This document shows, piece after piece, positions 47,266 to 57,361 of a stretch of DNA of 64,000 nt; the first letter of the stretch is position 1, and the number at the start of each line of letters is the position of its first letter. Made by a program: the position numbers and the translations under genes. The notes beneath the pieces were generated by a model. That model had not been told where the DNA came from, searched no databases, and saw only the letters and a list, made by a program, of their open reading frames with translations. Source of the DNA: Nitrospirales bacterium (lineage in GTDB: Bacteria; Nitrospirota; Nitrospiria; Nitrospirales; UBA8639); NCBI GenBank assembly GCA_965223295.1, contig CBDCWC010000003.1:1728001-1792000 (forward strand), read 5' to 3'.

Positions 47266-50200
47266 ATGTCGCAACAGTCGCAACAACCAAATATTGTTAG
47301 AGAGCTTTTACGTGATCGGCTCGATGAGAAGACGGCTCAGAACATCTACGACCAACTGGTCGAAGTGCAACTTCAGGGTCCTGTCAGGGAATTGTTAGTT
47401 GAGTTAGGAGCGATTTCCACGAAAGTTCAAGGGGAGTCTATCTCGGCTTTAGGGGAGCTGCACCGTCGAGGATGTCTGGATAGTGTTGTCCCTTGGCTTG
47501 ATCTGGGCATCACACTCTCACAGGCAACGGGAGCGCTAGGTCTTCGGTATTTTAAGGAAAGCCCAGCCATCCTGAGCTTTATCAAAAAAGAGTATTGCAC
47601 GGACCAGTTGTTTGCCCAAGTCCTCGAGTTAGCTGACGGGCCGTCGGAGACGGCGCCGCAATGTGCCTATGAATGGTTCAAGGTGTTACCTCAGATGTCT
47701 GAGGAGCATTCTTTATCAGATTTGCAGGAGTGGGCTTCGCTGGGGATGGAGCTTGCGGGCTGGAACTATGTGCTCGGGAATGAATTTCTGCGTGAGTGTC
47801 CATCTATTGCAAAGGCAATTCCCCTAGATGTTGCAAAAGATTGGATTGGGTTTGGCATGAAGTTGATGGTGCAGAACAGCTTTGGAAAACCAGACTATGT
47901 CGGGACTTTAGAATTTTTTCGAACCAGCCCCAGTCTCTTTCTAGAAGTCCCTGAATCTGGTGTCAAGCGATGGGTGGTTGATTTTGGGTCCAACTTAGCG
48001 GACCGTTCTCCTGAGCAGGCCATTGCCTTTTTAGCCGAAGCGCCGGCAATTCTGGGGCGGTTGCCCAATGAGGAATGGAAGGTGCGGGTATTAAAATTTG
48101 GACTGTTAGTGATTGACCGAGATCCTGAGGCGGCGTTGACCTACTTTCGGCAAGTCCCTGAAGTTGTGGGGTTTCAGAGCTCAACGGGCGAAACCTCGGT
48201 GTTCGATGCGTGGTTTAAGCAGGGGATGGAGGCATTAGAATATAGCATCGAAGCCGGGTGTGCCTTTTTTGCACTTGAGACTCAACAAGCTTGCGCTGTT
48301 GTGGAAGAGGCGCTTAGTGGGGTTCCCTTCCGTCACGTTGCCCGTTCCTTGAAAATGTTTGCGAAGGCGTTATGTGGAGAAGATGTGACGTTGGAGACGC
48401 TGCCAGAACAAGGAAAGACAGGTAGGGCGTCAGAACAATCTATGTCGGATGGGAGTTCTGCTCGAGCGCAGTCGAATCCTGGAAATTTCACAATTTATCT
48501 TCCGCTCATCATGAAGCGAGCTTCAACCCAAGAAGGAAATCGACGTTGGTATTCTGTCATGGTGGCCCATGAGGTTGGCCACATAGAGTTTGGCACCTAT
48601 CGCGTATCAAGTGAATTTGTGCAGCATATTGCGTCGGATGTGCAAGAGCGATATGGAACACAGGACGCGAGACCTTCTGGTTCGATCCGTACGTTGGGAG
48701 ATGTATTTCGCCTCTATCCTCAGCCAGGAATTATACGGGATTTGTGGGAAATTCTGGAGGATGCCAGAATTGATTTTCTACTGAAGCAGGAATATCCAGG
48801 GTTGCAGGAAGATTTAACGATTTTGACAACCGAGGCCATTCAAACTCGTACGCTGTCACATGGGATGACGGCGCGAGAAATTGTATTGGATGCGTTGCTG
48901 CTATATTTTTCTGGGCTGACCAAGGATGATTTTTCACGTCCAGGGCTCCAAGAGGTTATCGATCATGTGTGGTCCATGGCTCGGACCATTCTCCATTCGA
49001 CAGCCACGGTCGATGATGCACTTCGACTTGCAGATCGCCTGTACCAAACATTAGAAGATCAGATTGGCACGTTGGCAAAGGATTCGGAAGAGGAGGATCG
49101 TGAAGATTTCGCCGAAACAGGAGCTCTATCGAACGAAGAGCAACATCATGAAGGGACAGAACATTTAGAGAATGCCTACCAACCTCTTCAAAATTTGGCC
49201 TTTCGAGGGATCCTAAATCCAGATCATATTCAAGCACAAAATAATGAGTCCTCGGATGATAAACAGCCTGGAGGGCAGCAAACGGGAGGAGGCCATTTAG
49301 AGGGCCAAATGGGGAACGAATTGATAAGTCGGCAGCAGCCCGCTCCTTCTTCTCCATCGCAAACTTCACAAGACCCTCAACAACCTGTTTTTGGAGTCTC
49401 ACCTCTACAACAGTGGTTTCAGCCGAATCTTCGCCCTCAAGGAGTATCCGGTGTGACCGTCAGCGGTGGGGAATATCTGTATGATGAGTGGGATGGCATC
49501 ATTCGTGACTATCGTCCTCAGTGGTGTCGAGTGTTTGAAAAGACAGGTGTGGAAGGTTTGCCAGATTTTGTTGATGAAACCTTTCAGTCTTATGGGCCGA
49601 TCGTCCGGTTGATTCGACGCTACTTTGAGGCGATTCGTCCGGAAGCCTTTCGGAGAATTGGTCGGCAGGCCGATGGAGAGGATATCGATCTTGACGCACT
49701 GGTGAGTTGGATGGTGGACCGGCGACAAGGACATGAACCACCCGAGCAAGTCTATTCCACCCGTCGAAAACATGACCGCCAGGTGGCAGTAGCTTTTTTG
49801 GTTGATATGAGTGGTTCAACCGGGCGCCAAATTGGAGTACGGAGTCGCCCAGTTATTGATATCGAAAAAGAAGGACTGTTGTTGTTGTCCGAGGCTCTTT
49901 CGGCTATTGGTGATCAATATGCAATGTATGGATTTTCTGGACAGAGTCGACAATCTGTCGACATCCATGTTCTGAAAGATTTTGAGCAACGTTCAGGGAG
50001 GCGGGTCGGGCTGAAAATCAGTGGGGTGAAGCCACGGCAACAAAATCGTGATGGGGCTGCTATCCGTCATGCGACTCAACGGTTGATCCAGCAGGCTGCA
50101 AAGGTCCAGTTGCTTATGTTGCTCAGCGATGGGAAACCGTTAGATGATGAGTATGCAGATGAATATGCGTTAGAAGATACGAAGATGGCGCTTAGAGAGG

Positions 50201-50361
50201 CAAGACGTCAAGGGATTCATCCCTTTTGCATTACCATTGACCATGCGGAGACTGATTATGTTCAACGCATGTATGGAGATATCGGATTTCTGGTTGTTGA
50301 TGAGGTTGAGACTCTTCCAACCCGATTGCCCAAAATTTATCAACGGTTAACCGCGATGTAA
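47266..50361 (+). CDS. Large NorD/CbbO-like VWA-domain protein
   Basis: HEVGH, LEDARID, YDEWD..DYRP.WC, MIDAS DMSGST, NRDGAAIRH, LSDGKP. Confidence 0.88.
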   Translation: MSQQSQQPNIVRELLRDRLDEKTAQNIYDQLVEVQLQGPVRELLVELGAISTKVQGESISALGELHRRGCLDSVVPWLDLGITLSQATGALGLRYFKESPAILSFIKKEYCTDQLFAQVLELADGPSETAPQCAYEWFKVLPQMSEEHSLSDLQEWASLGMELAGWNYVLGNEFLRECPSIAKAIPLDVAKDWIGFGMKLMVQNSFGKPDYVGTLEFFRTSPSLFLEVPESGVKRWVVDFGSNLADRSPEQAIAFLAEAPAILGRLPNEEWKVRVLKFGLLVIDRDPEAALTYFRQVPEVVGFQSSTGETSVFDAWFKQGMEALEYSIEAGCAFFALETQQACAVVEEALSGVPFRHVARSLKMFAKALCGEDVTLETLPEQGKTGRASEQSMSDGSSARAQSNPGNFTIYLPLIMKRASTQEGNRRWYSVMVAHEVGHIEFGTYRVSSEFVQHIASDVQERYGTQDARPSGSIRTLGDVFRLYPQPGIIRDLWEILEDARIDFLLKQEYPGLQEDLTILTTEAIQTRTLSHGMTAREIVLDALLLYFSGLTKDDFSRPGLQEVIDHVWSMARTILHSTATVDDALRLADRLYQTLEDQIGTLAKDSEEEDREDFAETGALSNEEQHHEGTEHLENAYQPLQNLAFRGILNPDHIQAQNNESSDDKQPGGQQTGGGHLEGQMGNELISRQQPAPSSPSQTSQDPQQPVFGVSPLQQWFQPNLRPQGVSGVTVSGGEYLYDEWDGIIRDYRPQWCRVFEKTGVEGLPDFVDETFQSYGPIVRLIRRYFEAIRPEAFRRIGRQADGEDIDLDALVSWMVDRRQGHEPPEQVYSTRRKHDRQVAVAFLVDMSGSTGRQIGVRSRPVIDIEKEGLLLLSEALSAIGDQYAMYGFSGQSRQSVDIHVLKDFEQRSGRRVGLKISGVKPRQQNRDGAAIRHATQRLIQQAAKVQLLMLLSDGKPLDDEYADEYALEDTKMALREARRQGIHPFCITIDHAETDYVQRMYGDIGFLVVDEVETLPTRLPKIYQRLTAM

Positions 50362-50374
50362 ACGAGATAAGATA

Positions 50375-50782
50375 ATGACTACCTCAACTCATCCTGAGGT
50401 CCCTCCGTGGCTGTATAAACTGTTTACCGGTCATCAATATCCCTATGTCCGGCGACAAGCCAAATTTGATAAGAAAGATCGTCCGCCCGATGGTGATCGG
50501 CCTGAGCCGACACCAGAGGAAATCCAAGAAAAATTTTGGCAAATCTACCCACGTTGTCGGGCCAAGATGTTGCAAGAAGTCAAAACCGGGATGATTGTGG
50601 CGTTTAACGAATTGGGTGAATATGCGGCTGGAACCTATCAGGAATTTATCGATCACCCTGAGGATTTTTTGGCTCGAGAATATGGAAAGAAGAAGATTAA
50701 AGTAAATTTTTATGATGGGGATAATTTTGTCTGTACCATTAATTTTAAAGTCGCAGGGTGGACCAGCCATGAGGATGATTAA
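50375..50782 (+). CDS. Hypothetical protein
   Basis: 135 aa ORF tightly packed between the VWA gene and mdh. Confidence 0.75.
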   Translation: MTTSTHPEVPPWLYKLFTGHQYPYVRRQAKFDKKDRPPDGDRPEPTPEEIQEKFWQIYPRCRAKMLQEVKTGMIVAFNELGEYAAGTYQEFIDHPEDFLAREYGKKKIKVNFYDGDNFVCTINFKVAGWTSHEDD

Positions 50783-50821
50783 ACCCGCTTGGCTGAAATC
50801 TTGTAAGGGATAGGTGGCGTT

Positions 50822-51769
50822 ATGAGGCGAGTGAAAGTCACGGTGGTTGGAGCAGGGAATGTGGGTGGGTCTATCGCTCAACGCCTTGCTGAAAAAAACT
50901 GGTACGACATTGTTTTAGTAGATATTGTGGAAGGTATGCCTCAGGGCAAAGCGCTGGACTTGGTGGAGGCGGGGCCAGTTTGTGCGTACGATTCTGCTGT
51001 CACAGGTGCCAATAACTATGAGGCCACAAAAGATTCAGACCTGGTGGTCATTACCTCGGGTATCCCTCGAAAGCCCGGCATGAGTCGTGATGAATTATTA
51101 GCCACCAATACCAAGATTGTTTCCTCCGTTGTACGCGAAACCGTCAAGCGATCCCCAGAAGCGATTCTCATTATTGTTTCGAATCCGCTCGATGTAATGA
51201 CGCATGTGGCTCACCAGGTGAGTGGGTTTTCAAGAAACCGAGTCATAGGGATGGCTGGTGTCTTGGATTCAGCCCGGTTTCGCTCCTTCATTGCGGAAGC
51301 TTTACAAGTCTCCGTAGAAAATATTCATGCCATGGTCTTAGGTGGCCATGGGGATTTGATGGTGCCCCTTATTCGGTATTCGACCGTGGCTGGGCGACCA
51401 CTTCCTGAATGGTTCTCGCCGGAAAAGCTAGAAGCGTTGATCAAGCGAACACGCGAAGGCGGAGCAGAAATTGTCAATTTATTAAAGACTGGAAGTGCCT
51501 ATTATGCTCCAGCTGCTTCCGTGGTGGAAATGGTGGAGGCGATTACCAAAGACCAAAAGAAAATTCTCCCCTGTGCAACCTTATGCGAAGGAGAATATGG
51601 GTTTGATCATTTGGTGTTGGGGGTGCCGGTGAAACTTGGATCTAACGGTGCGGAGGCCATTATTGAATATGCTCTGACTCATGAGGAAAAAACAGCGTTA
51701 GAAGCCTCGGCGAAAGCGGTGCAGGAATTATGTGGAAAAGTTGATGTGATGATGGAAAAAATGTCTTAG
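50822..51769 (+). CDS. mdh: Malate dehydrogenase (LDH-like)
   Basis: [40 protein letters not shown]. Confidence 0.96.
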   Translation: MRRVKVTVVGAGNVGGSIAQRLAEKNWYDIVLVDIVEGMPQGKALDLVEAGPVCAYDSAVTGANNYEATKDSDLVVITSGIPRKPGMSRDELLATNTKIVSSVVRETVKRSPEAILIIVSNPLDVMTHVAHQVSGFSRNRVIGMAGVLDSARFRSFIAEALQVSVENIHAMVLGGHGDLMVPLIRYSTVAGRPLPEWFSPEKLEALIKRTREGGAEIVNLLKTGSAYYAPAASVVEMVEAITKDQKKILPCATLCEGEYGFDHLVLGVPVKLGSNGAEAIIEYALTHEEKTALEASAKAVQELCGKVDVMMEKMS

Positions 51770-51931
51770 AAGCACACCTTTCTCCGCACGTAATTTCAAA
51801 GGTGTTGTTCAAGAAATTCGCCAATGAAAACCGTACTCTTGAATGCTTGACGCCCTGAGAACCCCATTCGTATAGTGGTCATAAGTATAAAGAAGCACTC
51901 CTGAAAAAAGTCGTCCCTGTTTACTCTATAT

Positions 51932-52124
51932 AGGCGTGTTGAATAATTGAATATCTCAAAGATCATATTTCGCCAGGAAGCCCTTGGCAATCAACAGCGT
52001 CGGGTCTGTTCAAAAAAGGTTCGTCCAGCAAGGCCACAGCCATTTTTGCGCGCGGAGCGTACTGGTCCTACGTGAGCACGGAAAAATGGCGAGAACGCCG
52101 CTGGCGGCTTTTTTCAACAGACCC
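51932..52124 (+). mobile_element. MITE, short variant
   Basis: AGGCGTGTTGAA...TTCAACAGACCC; flanked by TATAT on both sides. Confidence 0.88.
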
Positions 52125-52171
52125 TATATTCACTCCAATGCCTTATGAACCAGAAATAATCGAGAATCAAT

Positions 52172-53470
52172 ATGCTTGAAACTATGGCACCACGAGTATT
52201 ACGTGAAATTCCTGGAGAGCCCTGGGAAATTGAGTCATATTGCCAAGAGGGTGGCTATGAAGTCTGGAAACAATGCGTGACGAAGCCTGATCCTCTCGCC
52301 ATTATTGCTCAATTGAAGGAGGCACATCTTCGTGGACGAGGTGGAGCCGGGTTTCCGACCGGATTAAAATGGGACAAAGTTCTGAACCATCGTGTGGAAG
52401 AACGCTATTTTGTCTGCAATGCCGGTGAGCATGAACCGGGAACGTTTAAAGATCGGTATTTACTCAAACACCATCCGCATCAGCTATTAGAAGGCTGTCT
52501 TATTGCTGCCCATACGGTGGGTGCCAAAGAAGCGTATATTTATCTGAATCATGAGTTCGCCAAAGAGAAGGCGAACTTCGAACGGGCTAAAGAAGAGGCG
52601 AGGGCCAAGGGCTATTTGGGCGATAATATTTTAGGTACGGGTCTGAATTTAGATATCCAAATTTTTGATGGCTATGGGAGTTATGTGGCTGGTGAAGAAA
52701 CGGCGATGTTGGAGTCGATGCAAGGACGTCCAGCCCAACCAAAACAAAAACCGCCATTCTATCCCACGGAATATGGGCTCCATGGGAAACCGACGTTGGT
52801 GAATAATGTGGAAACACTTTCCAATATTCCACAGCTTTTACGGAATGGAGCGGCATGGTTTCGGGAAGTGGGAACCAGTACGACGCCAGGGACGATGTTG
52901 TTCTCTCTCAGTGGATCTGTCAATCGACCGGGTGTGTATGAATTGCCGTTGGGGACCACGGTTCGTCATTTGATAGAAGTGTGTGGACAAGGTGTTCTCC
53001 ATGGTCATGGTGTCAAAGCGGTCTTTCCTGGAGGACCATCATTTTCCATGATTGGCGTTGATCAGCTAGATCTTCCCATGGACTTTGATTCTTTAAAAAA
53101 AGCTGGCACTGGATTGGGTTCTGCAGGTGTGATTGTCGTGGATGATGCCACATGTATGGTGGCCCAAACGCTGAAGTTTTCGGAATTCTTTGAAGACGAA
53201 ACCTGTGGCCAATGCCCGCCCTGTCGAATTGGTACGGGAGAGTTGGCCATGCTGATGCGGAAAATCGAAAAAGGGCAAGGCGAAGAGAAAGATTTAGAGA
53301 AGTTGTTGCAAATCTGTGGATTTGTGAAAGGTACAGGGTTTTGTACGTTGGTATCCGGTGCTGCTGTGCTTGTTCAGAATAGTTTGCGCTTATTCCGTCA
53401 TGAGTTTGAAGCCCATATTGAATTAGGTCGTTGTCCGATGAATGCAGTTCCAGAATCTGAGGGGGCGTGA
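52172..53470 (+). CDS. nuoF: NuoF-like FMN/[4Fe-4S] NADH dehydrogenase subunit (stand-alone)
   Basis: LRGRGGAGFPTGLKW, EPGTFKDR, GEETA, NNVETL, ETCGQCPPCR..C. Confidence 0.9.
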   Translation: MLETMAPRVLREIPGEPWEIESYCQEGGYEVWKQCVTKPDPLAIIAQLKEAHLRGRGGAGFPTGLKWDKVLNHRVEERYFVCNAGEHEPGTFKDRYLLKHHPHQLLEGCLIAAHTVGAKEAYIYLNHEFAKEKANFERAKEEARAKGYLGDNILGTGLNLDIQIFDGYGSYVAGEETAMLESMQGRPAQPKQKPPFYPTEYGLHGKPTLVNNVETLSNIPQLLRNGAAWFREVGTSTTPGTMLFSLSGSVNRPGVYELPLGTTVRHLIEVCGQGVLHGHGVKAVFPGGPSFSMIGVDQLDLPMDFDSLKKAGTGLGSAGVIVVDDATCMVAQTLKFSEFFEDETCGQCPPCRIGTGELAMLMRKIEKGQGEEKDLEKLLQICGFVKGTGFCTLVSGAAVLVQNSLRLFRHEFEAHIELGRCPMNAVPESEGA

Positions 53471-53479
53471 GCTTTGCCC

Positions 53480-53827
53480 ATGCCTCGTGTCACCTTTATT
53501 CATCCTGAAGGAAAAAGTGGAGAGGTTGCGCCTGATCTGTCGCTTCTCGAAGCGGCTGACCAGTTGGGATTTCCTCTCAATCATGATTGTGGCGGTAATG
53601 CCTCGTGTACAACCTGCCGAGTGGATGTGGTCGCGGGGTTGGAAAATTTATCCGACATTGATTTTGACGAACAAGATTTACTGGATCGCGAAGCGCTCAT
53701 CGAACCTTATCGCCGCTTAGGGTGCCAAGCTCGAGTGTTAGGCGATGTGATTGTTCAGGTGCCTGAAGAAAAATGGGAGAAGACTTCGCTGGACCAATCC
53801 CAGGAAGTCGAGTCCTCCCCTCAATAA
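53480..53827 (+). CDS. [2Fe-2S] ferredoxin (adrenodoxin-like)
   Basis: CGGNASCTTC...RLGCQ. Confidence 0.92.
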   Translation: MPRVTFIHPEGKSGEVAPDLSLLEAADQLGFPLNHDCGGNASCTTCRVDVVAGLENLSDIDFDEQDLLDREALIEPYRRLGCQARVLGDVIVQVPEEKWEKTSLDQSQEVESSPQ

Positions 53828-53893
53828 CAAGGGCAACAAGACAGTATTCTTGCCTGGTTCGTGCAAGAAGATCCTTTCTTTTTCATTTCGTTT

Positions 53894-54325
53894 ATGGCTA
53901 GCTCGACATCAATTACCCGCACCTATACCTTTTGCGCAGCACATCGGCTGCATACTGACCAATTGCCGGATGACGTCAATCAAAAAATATTTGGCAAATG
54001 TAATAATTTAAATGGGCATGGCCACAATTATACGGTTCAAGTCACGGTTCAAGGGGAAGTGGATGGCAAGACAGGGTTGGTCATTGATGTTGATCAACTT
54101 GATCAGATTGTCCACGAAACGGTTGTCACTCGTTTTGATCATCAACATTTGAATTTCGACTCAGCGTTTCAACACCTCACCACGACCGGTGAAAATCTGG
54201 CCTATGTGATATGGCATTTGTTGGTAGATAAGCTGCCATCGGGCCAATTGGGAAAAATTGGTGTACTGGAAACACGGGACAATTTTTTTGAATATATTGG
54301 AGATTCAAAATCGTCAAAGATTTAG
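53894..54325 (+). CDS. 6-pyruvoyltetrahydropterin synthase/QueD family protein
   Basis: FCAAHRLH, CNNLNGHGHNY, FDH, TGENLA, ET; adjacent to folE. Confidence 0.9.
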   Translation: MASSTSITRTYTFCAAHRLHTDQLPDDVNQKIFGKCNNLNGHGHNYTVQVTVQGEVDGKTGLVIDVDQLDQIVHETVVTRFDHQHLNFDSAFQHLTTTGENLAYVIWHLLVDKLPSGQLGKIGVLETRDNFFEYIGDSKSSKI

Positions 54326-54361
54326 GAGCTCTTTGTTATTCACTTGAACGTATGGAGAAGT

Positions 54362-55030
54362 ATGAAGCCGAAACCGAAGAAATCTAAGGCCGCATCTGTC
54401 CAGCGCAACCCCCGGAAGTTAGCAGATTCCGATCAGATTGAAATTACCTCTCCAGCGGCGATCAAAGACATTGAGCCCACGGTTCGAAAATTACTCAGTC
54501 AGTTAGGTGAGAATCCTGACAGAAATGGATTGCAGGAGACTCCCAAACGAGTGGCCAAGGCCCTCACGTATCTCACGCAGGGCTATCATCAAGATATTGA
54601 TACCTTGCTGAATCATGCTCTTTTCCCCATCCAATATGACGAAATGGTCATCGTCAAAGATATTGATTTTTATAGTTTGTGTGAACATCACCTGTTGCCA
54701 TTTTTTGGCAAGTGTCATGTCGGATACATTCCTAGAAAGCATGTGGTGGGTTTAAGCAAAGTGCCTCGCATTGTGGATATGTTCAGTCGACGTCTGCAGG
54801 TGCAAGAACGACTAACCGTGCAAATTGCCCATACGATTCAGGAAAAACTCAATCCTCATGGGGTAGGCGTGGTCATGGAAGCTCGGCATCTATGTATGAG
54901 TATGCGAGGAGTTGAAAAGCAAAATACCGTAGCCGTGACCAGTGAGATGTTAGGCGTATTTAGAAATCAACAACAAACGCGAGATGAGTTTCTGAAATTA
55001 ATTCGCCAGCGTGGCGGTGATAACGACTAA
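54362..55030 (+). CDS. folE: GTP cyclohydrolase I
   Basis: [43 protein letters not shown]. Confidence 0.97.
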   Translation: MKPKPKKSKAASVQRNPRKLADSDQIEITSPAAIKDIEPTVRKLLSQLGENPDRNGLQETPKRVAKALTYLTQGYHQDIDTLLNHALFPIQYDEMVIVKDIDFYSLCEHHLLPFFGKCHVGYIPRKHVVGLSKVPRIVDMFSRRLQVQERLTVQIAHTIQEKLNPHGVGVVMEARHLCMSMRGVEKQNTVAVTSEMLGVFRNQQQTRDEFLKLIRQRGGDND

Positions 55031-55261
55031 TATTCTCGCAACCGACTGATCCAGGTTGACCATGTCTGATGAAATTTCCTCCTTGACCTATTTCATGAAA
55101 TCAGCTTTAATGCGCGGCATCTTATCTTTCTTACTGTAGCTTCCCACGGATGGGCTAGGAGCGCAGGATGCGCCGGTCTTATAGAGTGTAGTTGTTTGGG
55201 AGTCAGGTCACCCATCTGTATGCACAAAGACTAACGCTCATCACCCCAAATCCTTTCCCCT

Positions 55262-55423
55262 CGTTCTCGCCATTTTCCCGTGCTCACGTAAGACCAGTAC
55301 GCTCCGCGCGCAAACATGGCGGTGGCCTTGCTGGAGGGCTTTTTTGACCATTCCCGTCGCATCGCAGTCTCCACTGCACTGAAAGCGTTTTCGTAACTTG
55401 CAATTGAACTATTCAACAGTCTC
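55262..55423 (-). mobile_element. Truncated MITE copy
   Basis: One intact end (TTCAACAGTCTC at 55412-55423) and the core CCGTGCTCACGT..GGCCTTGCTGGA; the other terminus is missing. Confidence 0.75.
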
Positions 55424-55444
55424 ATTGTTGATCCGTCATTCACT

Positions 55445-56014
55445 ATGAACACTCCTGCTCATATGATGGTAAATGTGGGACTGCTCGGCAAAGGAAAAGC
55501 GCCGTCGCATCAAGTTGCTGTGCTGATTGGGGCGGTGATTTCGGATGTGCCGATGTTCGTGTTTTATTTTTGGGAAAAGGTCTGGAGGTCGTTACCGGAA
55601 TCCGTTATTTGGCAACAGTATTTTGATCCGCGCTGGCAGATGGTCTTTGATCTTTTTCACTCATTTCCCATCGCGCTTATTGGTTGGTTTCTGAGTGTAT
55701 GGGCAAAGTGGAAGGGGGGTGCGCTATTTTGGGTCAGTATGCTCCTGCATAATGTAGGCGATTTTCCGCTCCATCATGATGATGCGCACCGACATTTCGT
55801 TCCTTTATCGGACTGGCAGTTTGCCAGCCCGGTCTCCTATTGGGATCCCCGATTTTATGGAAATGTTGTGACGATCATTGAAATTTTCCTGGTTTTGGCC
55901 ATTGGACTCTGGCTTTGGCGAGACGCCAGCTGGATAGGGACAAAGATCATGGTGGCTTCAATCTTCTCCATTTATCTTGGATACTTAGGATATGTGGCTC
56001 TCGTGTGGATGTGA
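55445..56014 (+). CDS. Membrane protein, metal-dependent hydrolase-like
   Basis: MNTPAH, GAVISD.P, FHS, LH..GD..LHHDDAH; several TM helices. Confidence 0.7.
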   Translation: MNTPAHMMVNVGLLGKGKAPSHQVAVLIGAVISDVPMFVFYFWEKVWRSLPESVIWQQYFDPRWQMVFDLFHSFPIALIGWFLSVWAKWKGGALFWVSMLLHNVGDFPLHHDDAHRHFVPLSDWQFASPVSYWDPRFYGNVVTIIEIFLVLAIGLWLWRDASWIGTKIMVASIFSIYLGYLGYVALVWM

Positions 56015-56046
56015 GAGGTCAGTTACTTTTTGGGATCTTTAGCCAG

Positions 56047-56841
56047 TCATAACCCGTGTGTCTGAAGAAAAGATTGCACAGCCTGATTAAATGCCACAGG
56101 CTGCTCAAAATTGGAAAGATGGCCTGCTTCGGGAATGATGACCAATCTTGCTTCAGGAATTCGCTGGGTGATGTACTGAGATTCTTCGACTGGAGTGGCT
56201 TGATCCTTTTCTCCGACGATAACCAGAGTGGGACAGGTGATCATCGAAAGAAGATCGGTAGAATCAGGCCGAGCGGCCATTGCGACCAAATCAACGACAA
56301 TTCCCGACTCAGGGGTTTGAAGAATCATCTGCCGAACCTGTTCTACAAGTTCAGGCCGGTGTTGGAAGGTTGTTGGGGCTAGAAGTTTAGGAAGCATGAT
56401 GTCGGCAATGGCCGAGGCTCCATCTTTGAATGCAACTTCAGCCATCGACCGACGTCCCGCTTTCCCTTCCTCGCTATCCGCTTGAGCTCTTGTATCGGCT
56501 AACACCAAGCCTTTTACCCGATTCGCATAACGACGGTAAATCGAAAAGAGGGTGTAACCGCCCATCGACAAACCCACAAACACGGCTTGAGAAATTCCGA
56601 GATGGTCGAGCAGGTGAATGACATTCTTGGCATAGTCGTTCAAACTATCATTCCATAAGACGATGTCGGATTCTCCATGTCCTCCAATGTAGATGGTGAT
56701 GACTCGATAGGCGTCTTGCAGGGCATCCACTTGCGGTTGCCACATGGCCTTGCTTAAGGGAAAGGCATGGATGAAGATGAGAGGCGTGCCGTTTCCTTGG
56801 TCTGTATACCCAATTGTCATTCCATTGATATTAGCCTTCAC
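56047..56841 (-). CDS. Alpha/beta hydrolase
   Basis: HAFP, GLSMGG nucleophile elbow, GEKD, AGHL. Confidence 0.92.
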   Translation of the reverse strand: MKANINGMTIGYTDQGNGTPLIFIHAFPLSKAMWQPQVDALQDAYRVITIYIGGHGESDIVLWNDSLNDYAKNVIHLLDHLGISQAVFVGLSMGGYTLFSIYRRYANRVKGLVLADTRAQADSEEGKAGRRSMAEVAFKDGASAIADIMLPKLLAPTTFQHRPELVEQVRQMILQTPESGIVVDLVAMAARPDSTDLLSMITCPTLVIVGEKDQATPVEESQYITQRIPEARLVIIPEAGHLSNFEQPVAFNQAVQSFLQTHGL

Positions 56842-57016
56842 TATCCACTCCTTTTTCTTCTATGGCAGCGGCATGTTTTCTTTGGCTGGCTGGAAGGCAC
56901 TAACCACATTTTCTCTCATTTGCCGGTTCATGGCCGATGGTTATAGCATATTGAGAGTAGAGAGGTAATGAAGAAAGCTGCTCTCAGAAGTGCATGCTGT
57001 TTTTAGTTTATGAGTA

Positions 57017-57241
57017 GGGCGTGTTGAATAATGAAGATATCAAGGGCCATATTTCGCCCGTAAGCGGTTCGCTATCAGTAGCATCGGGGCTGTTCAAAAA
57101 TGTCCGCTCGCCTGCGCGAAGCCGCTTCGGCGAAGCCAGGTCCAGCAAGGCCGCAGCTATTTTTGCGCGCGGAACGTACTGGCACTACGTGAGCACGGAA
57201 AAATGGTGAGAACGCCGCTGGCGGCTTTTTTCAACAGACCC
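57017..57241 (+). mobile_element. MITE, long variant with internal hairpin insert
   Basis: GGGCGTGTTGAA...TTCAACAGACCC; flanks GAGTA/AAGTA. Confidence 0.85.
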
Positions 57242-57361
57242 AAGTAAGATCGTTTAAAGCTCTCTCGCCATTTCAGGGCTTGGCCTCGAAGAGAGGACGA
57301 GGGTTTGGGTGATGGAAGCTCACCAAAATATTCAAGCACTGTAGACTTGGAGCGAGTGCCG

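Noticed and set aside
47266-50361. Evidence for nitric oxide reductase or RuBisCO
   Set aside because: Only the VWA adaptor is present; no catalytic genes are in the window.
26717-57241. Repeats as CRISPR array or tRNA
   Set aside because: They are dispersed, about 190-225 bp long, with TIRs and TSDs; there is no repeat-spacer periodicity or cloverleaf.
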